A stretch of DNA of 64,000 nucleotides from Candidatus Poribacteria bacterium (GTDB lineage Bacteria > Poribacteria > WGA-4E > WGA-3G): NCBI GenBank assembly GCA_022824835.1, contig JAJDZB010000074.1, positions 13,260 to 77,259 of the forward strand. The letters are read 5' to 3'. How positions within the stretch are numbered: the first letter of the stretch is position 1; every line of letters begins with the position of its first letter. Of the stretch, positions 39,257-48,416 are shown in pieces. Both the position numbers and the translations under genes were made by a program. The notes under the pieces were generated by a model. The model was not told where the DNA came from and did not search any database. It saw nothing but the letters and a program-made list of their open reading frames with translations.

Positions 39257-42200
39257 TTCTCCATATAGTTAGACGGCATTTCGTGGATAAACATAGATGT
39301 TACCTGTCCTCGGTCATTGAAACGGTATACAGCAGAAGATAGATAGAGTTGTTTCTGTGCACGCGTCATGCCTACATAGAACAGACGACGTTCCTCTTCA
39401 AGTTCCTCCAATGTCAGGCTACTTCTACCTATTGGAAAATTCCCATTCTCCATCCCTATTATAAAGACAACCGGAAATTCTGTGCCTTTTGCAGCATGTA
39501 ATGTCATGAGTGTGAGTTGCTCTGTTTTATTATCAAGTTCATCAAAACTGGTCAGTAGTTTCTGGTAATCTAAGAAATCGATCAGCCGATGTCCGTATCC
39601 CGCTTTTTCAAAGTTTAGGACAACATTCAGGAATCGCGACTTGTGTTCAATCCAATCACTGTCCTCCTTGTCAACAAGGACATCAGACTTCCTAAGCAAA
39701 TTTAAGAATTCAGTTACCTGTTCTTTCTCTGTCTGTTCAAGAGGCACATCATCAGGAAAGACATTATGATTGACTTTCACATACCTTTTCGCAGCATTTA
39801 GATATGCTTCAATTTCAGGTGATATTTCCGCTTCATCAATATCAGAGGTTTTAGCAAGGATGCCGAGCCCAACCCAGGGTAAGAATTCAGTGAGTGATTT
39901 TAGCTGCTGTTTCTGTGTGTCAATTCTGATGAGTTCCTGGAAGATTTTGCGGTTGACTTCTACATCCTCCGGTGCACTATGTAGCTGTTCGTATCCGATT
40001 CCGAATTTTTCAGCGAGTGCCTGAATTCCGCGTCGCTGTCTTGGGAAAAGCCTTCGCGCTGTAACCAACGTGTCATAATGCGGATTCGGTAATCCTCGTT
40101 TCAGGTGTTCTTGAAGAACACGTTCAAGTATAGGATTGTCATAATTCGCGACATTGTGTCCGATGAGGATACGATCTTGAATGAAACGACAAAATTCGGG
40201 AAGCACCATTTCAATACTCGGGCAATTTTTAACGGTCTCTTCATCTATACGGTGTATTCGGGTAGTTTCTCTCGGTATGTGTCCACCCGGGGGTTTTACT
40301 AATCTATAGTATCGTTCTATTCCATCCCCAACAGTATTGAGACGTTGTGCGGCTATCTCAACGATGTTCGCATATCTCGTATCAACGCCAGTTGTTTCTA
40401 AATCGTATATGACCATATCTGCCATGTTTGGTGATTCGAAACGACTCAATAGACGTTGACAGAGCCTAAAGGCATCAATGCTGCGAATACCGTCAGATTG
40501 AAGTTGAAGTGTACTGATACCCTCTGCAGCGGTTGTTCCGATTATTATAATGCGCGAATCTGCTGATGTTTCGTCCAACTCACCGAAATCTCCAATCAAG
40601 AGATTGATTCCATTTTCGCTCAGATGTGGCTTACTTCTGTCCGTATCCTTCGGTAATAGTTGTATCTCTACATTCTTATTCAGATAGGTTTTGAAGGTCT
40701 GATGTATGATACTTGCTGCACAGTATTCATCTACACCGTAGCTTGCAGTAATTGTAATGGGTTCATCTCGATTAAGCGCGCTATACAGTACATCTTGTAT
40801 AAGGGAGACATTCTGCATTTCGGGTTGTCTTTCAATTGTTACCAGTTCTTTTTGACGGTATGGCGAACGAAAGATATTCAATGTAACAAAGAGTTTTTGA
40901 GCGATTTTGTCTATTTTCTCTTTCTCTATTCCGTCTGATAGATTTTTCAGTTCCTGCCAAAATCGATGGATATTACGTCTCGTTAATGGACCAACATCCT
41001 CTGGGTATTCCTCAATGTTCTCCAACAGTTCTACTAAAGTTATGTTATTTCGTAATGCCAACCACTTGAGGCGTACCCACGTAAGATCATCAATTCGTTT
41101 TTCAGGAAAGTTGATCGCATTCTCAAGGTCTTGGGGGAGTTGCCACTCAATGAAACGGAGATAGGAGTATATACCTTTACTGATTTCTTCATCAAGAGAG
41201 TTTGTAGGTCGGATACGTTGAAATTTTATCTGCTGCTTGAGCAATTCCTCTGCTAAAACATCCGCAAGTTTATGTGTTCGGTAGAAGATGGCGATATCGC
41301 GATAGGAGACACCCCGATGCATAATCAGATTTCGGATGATTTTTATGATATTTTGTGCTTCCTCAGTTGCTGTACTGAACGTATAGTGAAATATATTCCG
41401 TCCGACGTCTTTGTGTGTTTTAAGCGTGTGCTGTTTTTGTCTTTCCGTATTCCTACCGATGACCTCTTCTGCAGCCCGTAGTATTTTCTCACTACACCGA
41501 TAGTGTTCATCCAATTCAACGATTTCGGGTGAGAAATCATCTATAAAATGTTCAATATACTGCGGATTAGATCCGCGCCAACTGTAAATTGATTGATCAG
41601 CATCCGCAACTACCATCAGATTATTGTTCGGGGATGCACTGATGCGTTTAAGTAACGCGTACTGGACACTATTCACATCGTGGTATTCATCCACAAGGAT
41701 ATAAGAGATGTTTTTGTGGTAATCGTTTTGTATTTCTGATTCCTGTTTGAAAAGTTCAACCGTCTTAACGAGAAGATCGTCAAAGTCAAGTGCATTGTAT
41801 TCTGTGAGTTTGTGCTGATATGCACTGATTGCCCGCTTTATGTTTTCTGCTGCATCTGGATCATCTATTTCTGCGATTATGTCAGGATCAATTTCCAAGT
41901 CATCAGTTATATTTTTAAGTTTACATTTTGCGTCACTGATGATATTTCGCAATCGCCATGAAGGATAGATGCGTGAGTTAAGGTGCAATTCGCGTGCCGC
42001 CTCTTCCAAGATTTCGTCTTGAATTTCTTGATCAAAGATGGCGAAGTTTTCACTGAGCCCTATCCGTTGTGCGTGTTTTCGTAGTACCTTTACACAGAAT
42101 GCATGAAAGGTGCTGACCTTTATGTCAGATCCGTGTGGTTCACCGATTTCATTGTTAACCCGTTCCCGCATCTCTTCTGCTGCTTTATTCGTGAAGGTGA

Positions 42201-42369
42201 TTGCAAGGATGTTATAGGGTTTGATTCGATGTTCGCGAATTAGGTAGGCGATGCGGTGTGTAATGACTTTCGTTTTACCGGTACCTGGACCCGCAATAAC
42301 GAGTATCGGTCCATCTTTATGTTTGACTGCTTCAGTCTGTTTTTCATTTAAATCGTGTAAAATGTTCAT
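39232..42369 (-). CDS. UvrD/PcrA-family SF1 helicase with a DnaQ-like DEDDh 3'-5' exonuclease domain inserted between helicase motifs IV and V
   Basis: Motif I AGPGTGKT, motif II DEYHDVN, motif III VVADADQSIYSWRG, motif IV YRCSE. Exonuclease Exo I is VIYDLETTGV, Exo II IGHNVANYDNPIL, Exo III HSAPEDVEV. Helicase motifs V and VI follow (LHAAKGTEFPVVFIIG, RRLFYVGMTRA). Confidence 0.75.
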   Translation of the reverse strand: MNILHDLNEKQTEAVKHKDGPILVIAGPGTGKTKVITHRIAYLIREHRIKPYNILAITFTNKAAEEMRERVNNEIGEPHGSDIKVSTFHAFCVKVLRKHAQRIGLSENFAIFDQEIQDEILEEAARELHLNSRIYPSWRLRNIISDAKCKLKNITDDLEIDPDIIAEIDDPDAAENIKRAISAYQHKLTEYNALDFDDLLVKTVELFKQESEIQNDYHKNISYILVDEYHDVNSVQYALLKRISASPNNNLMVVADADQSIYSWRGSNPQYIEHFIDDFSPEIVELDEHYRCSEKILRAAEEVIGRNTERQKQHTLKTHKDVGRNIFHYTFSTATEEAQNIIKIIRNLIMHRGVSYRDIAIFYRTHKLADVLAEELLKQQIKFQRIRPTNSLDEEISKGIYSYLRFIEWQLPQDLENAINFPEKRIDDLTWVRLKWLALRNNITLVELLENIEEYPEDVGPLTRRNIHRFWQELKNLSDGIEKEKIDKIAQKLFVTLNIFRSPYRQKELVTIERQPEMQNVSLIQDVLYSALNRDEPITITASYGVDEYCAASIIHQTFKTYLNKNVEIQLLPKDTDRSKPHLSENGINLLIGDFGELDETSADSRIIIIGTTAAEGISTLQLQSDGIRSIDAFRLCQRLLSRFESPNMADMVIYDLETTGVDTRYANIVEIAAQRLNTVGDGIERYYRLVKPPGGHIPRETTRIHRIDEETVKNCPSIEMVLPEFCRFIQDRILIGHNVANYDNPILERVLQEHLKRGLPNPHYDTLVTARRLFPRQRRGIQALAEKFGIGYEQLHSAPEDVEVNRKIFQELIRIDTQKQQLKSLTEFLPWVGLGILAKTSDIDEAEISPEIEAYLNAAKRYVKVNHNVFPDDVPLEQTEKEQVTEFLNLLRKSDVLVDKEDSDWIEHKSRFLNVVLNFEKAGYGHRLIDFLDYQKLLTSFDELDNKTEQLTLMTLHAAKGTEFPVVFIIGMENGNFPIGRSSLTLEELEEERRLFYVGMTRAQKQLYLSSAVYRFNDRGQVTSMFIHEMPSNYMEKWSSPTHM

Positions 42370-42538
42370 TTTTTTGTCATTACCATCTGTTAGAAAATAA
42401 ATACAGAGAACGGCACAATCTGGAAGAATGTGCTACAATAACTACAATAAAGGGGCATTATCAATTAGAAATGGTATAAGTATATAACAGATATCCCAAA
42501 AATACAAGGAATTTGCGTATTTACCAGAGTGATTCCTG

Positions 42539-43615
42539 TCAACAATATCTGATTTCTTCCAATACCACGGTTGCGTAGCTGCCAGCAGGTAATGTAAAAG
42601 AGAGATGCACCCCGTTGTCAACTGCCGTTACTTGATGTAAATCCATCTGAATCCGCAGCGGTCTACGTGTACCTGATAATCGCACACCCGCAACCTTGCG
42701 AAAAGACTCTGGTTTAACTCTCTCCGCCGATAGTAGTTCTTGCTCCATTTCCAAAACTTTACCTGTAGGTTGCCGCATTTTGTACCCGAAGATAGGACCG
42801 GAAGGACTAATTTCAAACGCATCTGCCCGGGGTTGTTCAATCTCCGCGTTTTCAACGAGGAAAGGTGCACTATTACGATGCTTGATGGCTATATCACCAT
42901 TTAACAACTTCCCTAAATCTGGTAATCTTCTCTCCACAATACGATTAAACAGATGTGCCTGATATGCGGATAGGTAGAGTTTCCGCATACGGTGTGGCAT
43001 ATAAGCGACTACTTTTTCAAGTGAATCATGCTTTTTCATATCTTTGATCCGCTTTGCCAAGTTAGTGAACTGTGCCGTTTCAGTATCCAGAACATATTCT
43101 AATACCCTCTCCCAGTCTTTATTCAGTAATGCTTTCCCTATCAGGTGTGAATCCTGTTTATTGCCGAATCGCTGTTCACCATACCGATTCGGTACACCTT
43201 CAGCAGATAATTGTGTTATTTTTTTCTCAACATTGGGTAAGGTATGCGGCGCAGTCCAACGCACTGTTATTTCAAAACGATTGGCTTTAAGATGTCCTAC
43301 ACGTAATTTATGTGAATGTCGTTCTGCCCATAAAACTTCAATTCGATGGATATTTAGTTTCAAAATTTGTTCAGGTGGAATTCCTTCAACAGATAATACT
43401 TGCGTTGTGATTGCATGTTTGTCCTTCAGACCGGCATATCCAATACTTCTATGATTCACGTGGAGTTCACGCGCAATTCGGTTTATAGCCTCATAAGTAC
43501 TGAGACTGCGTTTCCGAATAGCGAAGAAGGTATGTGTGCCTGATCGTGAAGGTGTATATAAAGGTATTTCTTCAACGATGAAGTCTTCAGGTTCAAATCT
43601 CATATAGTTCTCCAA
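42539..43615 (-). CDS. truD: tRNA pseudouridine(13) synthase TruD
   Basis: N-terminal ..EPEDFIVEEIP....GTHTFFAIRK.. and the catalytic-loop motif GYAGLKDKHAITTQ. Confidence 0.8.
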   Translation of the reverse strand: MENYMRFEPEDFIVEEIPLYTPSRSGTHTFFAIRKRSLSTYEAINRIARELHVNHRSIGYAGLKDKHAITTQVLSVEGIPPEQILKLNIHRIEVLWAERHSHKLRVGHLKANRFEITVRWTAPHTLPNVEKKITQLSAEGVPNRYGEQRFGNKQDSHLIGKALLNKDWERVLEYVLDTETAQFTNLAKRIKDMKKHDSLEKVVAYMPHRMRKLYLSAYQAHLFNRIVERRLPDLGKLLNGDIAIKHRNSAPFLVENAEIEQPRADAFEISPSGPIFGYKMRQPTGKVLEMEQELLSAERVKPESFRKVAGVRLSGTRRPLRIQMDLHQVTAVDNGVHLSFTLPAGSYATVVLEEIRYC

Positions 43616-43682
43616 GAATTTATTGCACTTGACATCTGTCCCTTTTTATGCTAAATTAAACGAAGAAATAATTACTATAATG

Positions 43683-43804
43683 AACGTGAGTTTGATAAAT
43701 CAGATTTCCGTATCCGGTGCGGTTAGGAAACCGCACCTACCGGGTCTGTGTGAGTAATATTTTGGGTTAAATGAAGTCTATATACCTGTTATCAAACTCA
43801 CGTT
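43683..43804. mobile_element. MITE family A copy carrying the GGTTAGGAAACCGCACCTACCGG module
   Basis: TIRs aacgtgagtttgataa / ttatcaaactcacgtt. Confidence 0.7.
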
Positions 43805-43847
43805 ATAATGACAATTCACGATCCAAAAATAAGGTTCACAAAAGCAC

Positions 43848-45746
43848 ATGCCAAAAATCAGAATCCTCTCAGCAGATGTAGCGAATAAAATTGCTGCCGG
43901 TGAAGTTGTTGAACGTCCTGCATCTGTCGTAAAAGAGCTCATAGAAAACGCAATGGATGCCGAAAGTACAAGCATCCGAGTTGAAATTCGGGCAGGGGGT
44001 AAGAGTCTTATTCGTGTGTCGGACAACGGAACCGGTATGGAACGTGAAGACGCACTCCTCGCTTTAGAGCGCCACGCTACCAGCAAAGTCAATAACATAG
44101 AAGACCTCGAAAATATTAACACCTTCGGTTTCCGTGGTGAAGCGTTAGCAAGTATTGCCTCTGTATCACAGTTTGAACTCCTAACCCGCACCGCAGATGC
44201 GGTTCAAGGTACAAAAATTAGTGTTGATGGAGGTGTGTTCCGTTCTGTTGAGGAGAGTGGGTGTTCCCCCGGCACACACATCTCTATTAATAACCTTTTC
44301 CACAATGTACCAGCGCGCCTCAAATTCATGAAGACTGAGACAACTGAATCAAACCATATCACTAAGCAGGTGACCTGGGCTGCGTTAGCACACCCGAAGA
44401 TACATTTTATCCTCTCTCATAACGGTAGATCCATCTTGGATGTGCGTGCATGCGATTCAAATCTGGAACGTGCCAGATTGGTATATGGCAAAGAATTTGC
44501 AGATAACCTTATAGAATTCAATGAAGAACTGCCAGATTTCAAGCTATCAGGTATGCTCGGAAAACCTGATTTTACCAAACCCAACAGAGAATATCAACTC
44601 TTTTTCATGAATCAACGTCCGATTCGTAGCAGTATGATCGCTGCAGCACTCAAAGAGGCACTCGGTGCAACAATTCAGAAGGATCGTCATGCTGTAGCGG
44701 TGCTCTTTATGACGGTTGAACCCAATACGGTTGATGTGAACGTCCATCCGGCTAAGATAGAGGTGCGATTCCGAAATGAACGCACGATTTTCAGCGGAAT
44801 TGTGAAGATGCTTCGTAACGTCATAAATAGAGAGAAATTTATACCGAAAATTGAAACAACTGTAGATAGAACAGCTGAAAGAACTCATACTGAAGATGTC
44901 CCGGTTGGAAATGCATATATTGACACGGGAAGAAAAACCTTCACACCGCAATCCACAACACAACCGACTAATTCTACAGATAGAAATGTAGAACGGGTTG
45001 AGACACCCGCAAGAGAAGCGAGACCCACTACAAAAATTGAATCTGCACCTATTGACACTGAACCTAAAGTTGACGAAGGTAGTAAAACAGATACGCAAGT
45101 ACCCAGAACCGTAATGCAACCGCCACAGCAGACCATCCCAGAAGGTGTGAAACTCAAACTCTTTGATTTTGAGAATGTGGAGTTGAAAGCAAATCTATTC
45201 AAAACATATATTGTTGCTGAAGGTAAAGATAAAGTCTTTTTTATTGACCAACATGTTGCTGCGGAACGGGTGCTCTATGAACGATTCGTGAACCAACTCA
45301 AGTCAGAGGGAATTCCTGTGCAGGGATTATTACTTCCCGTTACTGTTGAGGCAACGCCACAACAGATTGCCGTTTTTAAAGTGCATGGTGAGATTTTTGA
45401 GAAACTCGGTTTTGAACTGGAAGAATTCGGTGGCAATACGATACTCATCCGTGCCATGCCCGCCCCGCTACCCACGCGAGTTGCTGCACAGACAATAACG
45501 GATATACTTGACAAACTCCCCGAACAACCGCACGGTGAAGTCGCGTTACCCAAAGCGATAGATGATGCGTTGATAACGCTTGCCTGCCGTGCTGCTGTAA
45601 AAGCTGGCGATACTTTAGATACTAAAGAGATGATCAACCTCGTACGCGAGTTATCAGAAGCAAAGCATCCTTTCAATTGTCCACATTCACGACCGATTAT
45701 CATTGAAATGGGACGTGATGAATTGGAGCGCCGGTTTCACAGATAA
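43848..45746 (+). CDS. mutL: DNA mismatch repair protein MutL
   Basis: MPKIRILSADVANKIAAGEVVERPASVVKELIENAMDA.. is the GHKL ATPase N-terminus. The C-terminal dimerisation domain is present. Confidence 0.9.
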   Translation: MPKIRILSADVANKIAAGEVVERPASVVKELIENAMDAESTSIRVEIRAGGKSLIRVSDNGTGMEREDALLALERHATSKVNNIEDLENINTFGFRGEALASIASVSQFELLTRTADAVQGTKISVDGGVFRSVEESGCSPGTHISINNLFHNVPARLKFMKTETTESNHITKQVTWAALAHPKIHFILSHNGRSILDVRACDSNLERARLVYGKEFADNLIEFNEELPDFKLSGMLGKPDFTKPNREYQLFFMNQRPIRSSMIAAALKEALGATIQKDRHAVAVLFMTVEPNTVDVNVHPAKIEVRFRNERTIFSGIVKMLRNVINREKFIPKIETTVDRTAERTHTEDVPVGNAYIDTGRKTFTPQSTTQPTNSTDRNVERVETPAREARPTTKIESAPIDTEPKVDEGSKTDTQVPRTVMQPPQQTIPEGVKLKLFDFENVELKANLFKTYIVAEGKDKVFFIDQHVAAERVLYERFVNQLKSEGIPVQGLLLPVTVEATPQQIAVFKVHGEIFEKLGFELEEFGGNTILIRAMPAPLPTRVAAQTITDILDKLPEQPHGEVALPKAIDDALITLACRAAVKAGDTLDTKEMINLVRELSEAKHPFNCPHSRPIIIEMGRDELERRFHR

Positions 45747-45768
45747 TAGATAGCAGAATATATCCTTC

Positions 45769-47733
45769 GTGGAGGGGACTTCCATGAAAATAGTACGGCT
45801 ATCCCTCATAACCCTTCTCTTCAATTTTCTACTAATCCTACCAAACACCTTTGCTCAAGATTATACAACTTGGAGTCTACCCGATGGTGCGATGGCACGA
45901 CTCGGTAAAGGTAAAATAACTGGTAATATAGCTTTCTCACCTGATGGTAATCGGCTTGCGGTTGCCAGTTCTATCGGTATATGGATTTATGATGTGCGTC
46001 CTGGAAAAGAAAAGGAACTCGATTTACTCACTGGACATACAGGAAGTGTCACCGTCATTGCATTCTCTCCTGATGGCAAAATACTCGCAAGTGGTGGTAG
46101 AGACGAAACGATACGATTATGGGACGGTGTAACGGGAGAACAGAAAAAACAACTCACAGGACACAAATGGGCAATATCTGCATTAGCGTTTTCACCTGAT
46201 GGAAAGACACTTGCATCTGCGATTGGACTTGAGGCTGAAAAGATACCCGCAGAGATAGGTATAGAGATAGATGTTAAATTATGGAACATAGATACAGGTG
46301 AAGCCACAGCGACATTCAGAGGTCACGGTAAAGATATTACTTCATTAGCGTTTTCACCTGATGGAAAGACACTTGCAAGTAGTGGTAAGGATAGCAAGGT
46401 ATTATTGTGGAATGTTGCAACTGGCAGAAATGCCATGCTATTTACTGAACATGATGAAAATATTTTCTACATAGGTTTTTCACCTGATGGAAAAACTATC
46501 GCTACAGGCAGCTGGGACGACACCGTGAAACTTTGGGATGCAACGACAAGTAGTCTCAAGAATACAATTATTGAGAAAGGGTTTGTAGGTGTTTCTTCAG
46601 TAGCATTTTCACCTAAAGACTCAACTATTGCTGTCGGAGGCCACGATATAATTCGGCTTTGGGATCTGCAGACAAAAACCCATATAAGGTCATTCAAGGG
46701 ACATGGTGGAAACATTTCTTCAATTGCATTTTCTCCAGATGGCAACACGTTTGCCACTGTTGGTGATAGGTTTGATAATACAATTATGTTATGGGATTTA
46801 CAGGTAGCGAGACATAGAACAACAATTAAGGACCATACTTCAGCCGTTACGTGTTTAACATATTCCCCGGATAGCAAAACAATTGCCTCAGGCATGATGA
46901 ATGGTGATGGCTATTTATGGGATGCGCAGACAGGAGAACGCAAGGCAACACTAAAGGAACATTACGATGAGATACAATTTATAACCTATACATCTGATGG
47001 CAGTACCATCATTACCGGGGGACGGAATAGGTCAGTCCATCAATGGGAGGGACGCAAACGTCTACTACAGACACGGACAAGAAAACCGAAATCTTCACTT
47101 CGTCTTGCAACAACCTCCGGTGTTTCTCGTATTCGATCAATGACATACTCTCCCGATGCTAATTTCGTTGCAGCTACAGGTAGGGACAAATGGATTCTGA
47201 TGATATGGAATGCCAGAACTGGACGTAAGGTAAATGTTCATAGCGATCTATCACATAGATCATGGCGTGTTCTCTTTTCTCCAGATGGTAGTATTCTTGC
47301 AGAGGCAGATAATACTTTGAAAATCCGATTGTGGAATCCTAAAACAGGACAGATCACAAAAACGTTAAACCTACATGGCCGTTTTGAACAAAGAAATACG
47401 CACATGGCATTTTCTGCTGATGGTAAACTCTTAGCTAATACAAGAGAAGAGGATACTGTGCAAATTTGGGATGTGGCATCGGGAAAAGAGGTAGCTTTGA
47501 TGAAAATGCCAGAATCGGGTGTTACAAAAGTCCAGTTTTCACCCAACGGTGCTTTAATTGCTACAGGTTTTAAGGATGGCACGATGCACATATTTAGTAG
47601 GCACACAGAGGAACACTTAGCAGGTTATAAAGGACATACGGAAGGTATTTCTGCCCTCACATTTTCTCCTGATAGTCGTGCGATTGCCAGTGGTAGTGAT
47701 GATGGGACTATCCTCATCTGGGAATTGCAGTAG
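45769..47733 (+). CDS. Secreted WD40 beta-propeller repeat protein (654 aa)
   Basis: Signal peptide; at least 12 WD40-like repeats with recurring (A)FSPDGK(T)LAS..D..(V)KLWD motifs. Confidence 0.8.
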   Translation: MEGTSMKIVRLSLITLLFNFLLILPNTFAQDYTTWSLPDGAMARLGKGKITGNIAFSPDGNRLAVASSIGIWIYDVRPGKEKELDLLTGHTGSVTVIAFSPDGKILASGGRDETIRLWDGVTGEQKKQLTGHKWAISALAFSPDGKTLASAIGLEAEKIPAEIGIEIDVKLWNIDTGEATATFRGHGKDITSLAFSPDGKTLASSGKDSKVLLWNVATGRNAMLFTEHDENIFYIGFSPDGKTIATGSWDDTVKLWDATTSSLKNTIIEKGFVGVSSVAFSPKDSTIAVGGHDIIRLWDLQTKTHIRSFKGHGGNISSIAFSPDGNTFATVGDRFDNTIMLWDLQVARHRTTIKDHTSAVTCLTYSPDSKTIASGMMNGDGYLWDAQTGERKATLKEHYDEIQFITYTSDGSTIITGGRNRSVHQWEGRKRLLQTRTRKPKSSLRLATTSGVSRIRSMTYSPDANFVAATGRDKWILMIWNARTGRKVNVHSDLSHRSWRVLFSPDGSILAEADNTLKIRLWNPKTGQITKTLNLHGRFEQRNTHMAFSADGKLLANTREEDTVQIWDVASGKEVALMKMPESGVTKVQFSPNGALIATGFKDGTMHIFSRHTEEHLAGYKGHTEGISALTFSPDSRAIASGSDDGTILIWELQ

Positions 47734-47825
47734 TTTTTCTCAGGGTTTTCGGGTAGGTTTCGGTTCGGTTAGGAAACCGAACCTACCGGCACGGGGAAAA
47801 TCTGATTTATCAAACTCACGTTATA

Positions 47826-48374
47826 TTAGAAATTTTCAGGGAATACGATAGTAACCAGGTCATTTCTGACAGATTCTCTGAAATGTGCCAGCAGTTCTTC
47901 TTCAGTCTGGATAGGATATACATAAGACAATCGCAGATATTCAACGATTAACGGGTCGAATGTCCTGATATATTCAAAGTAGAACTGCCCAAGTGTATTT
48001 TCAGATAACCTTTCTGCGAAAGCATCTTGTAGTTTACTGTATCCATCCGTAACTGTGGCATCATCAGTCTTTTCGGATCGAAATATGTCAACCAATTCTA
48101 TCCAGAATCCCTTGCTAAAATTGAGTTCTTCTATTAGGATGTTCTCGGAGTCGGTGAATATTGCCGTATAATTTCCGGTTGTATCTGCTTTTTGTTGGGA
48201 CTCTGTTCTCCGCTGATTGACTTTCTCCATGTCAGCGGTTGCCTTTTCTAAATTTGTCGGTGTTTTTGGTGGTGGAATAATATCCTTAATAGGTTGTGAC
48301 ATGCCTTCATCACAACCGGTAAATAGTATGATTGTAAAAAGACTTACGACATACAACTTCGCAATTAACCGCAT
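47826..48374 (-). CDS. Hypothetical lipoprotein
   Basis: The signal peptide MRLIAKLYVVSLFTIILFTGC has a lipobox. Confidence 0.5.
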   Translation of the reverse strand: MRLIAKLYVVSLFTIILFTGCDEGMSQPIKDIIPPPKTPTNLEKATADMEKVNQRRTESQQKADTTGNYTAIFTDSENILIEELNFSKGFWIELVDIFRSEKTDDATVTDGYSKLQDAFAERLSENTLGQFYFEYIRTFDPLIVEYLRLSYVYPIQTEEELLAHFRESVRNDLVTIVFPENF

Positions 48375-48416
48375 TCTGTCTCCTCGTTGAAAATTGAAAT
48401 ACAACTAAATGGACAG

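Noticed and set aside
39232-42369. Considered calling the large helicase a Gabija GajB or Hachiman HamB component.
   Set aside because: No OLD-family ATPase/nuclease (GajA) or DUF1837 (HamA) gene is adjacent. The neighbours are a tiny membrane protein and housekeeping truD/mutL. I kept it as an unclassified UvrD-DnaQ fusion.
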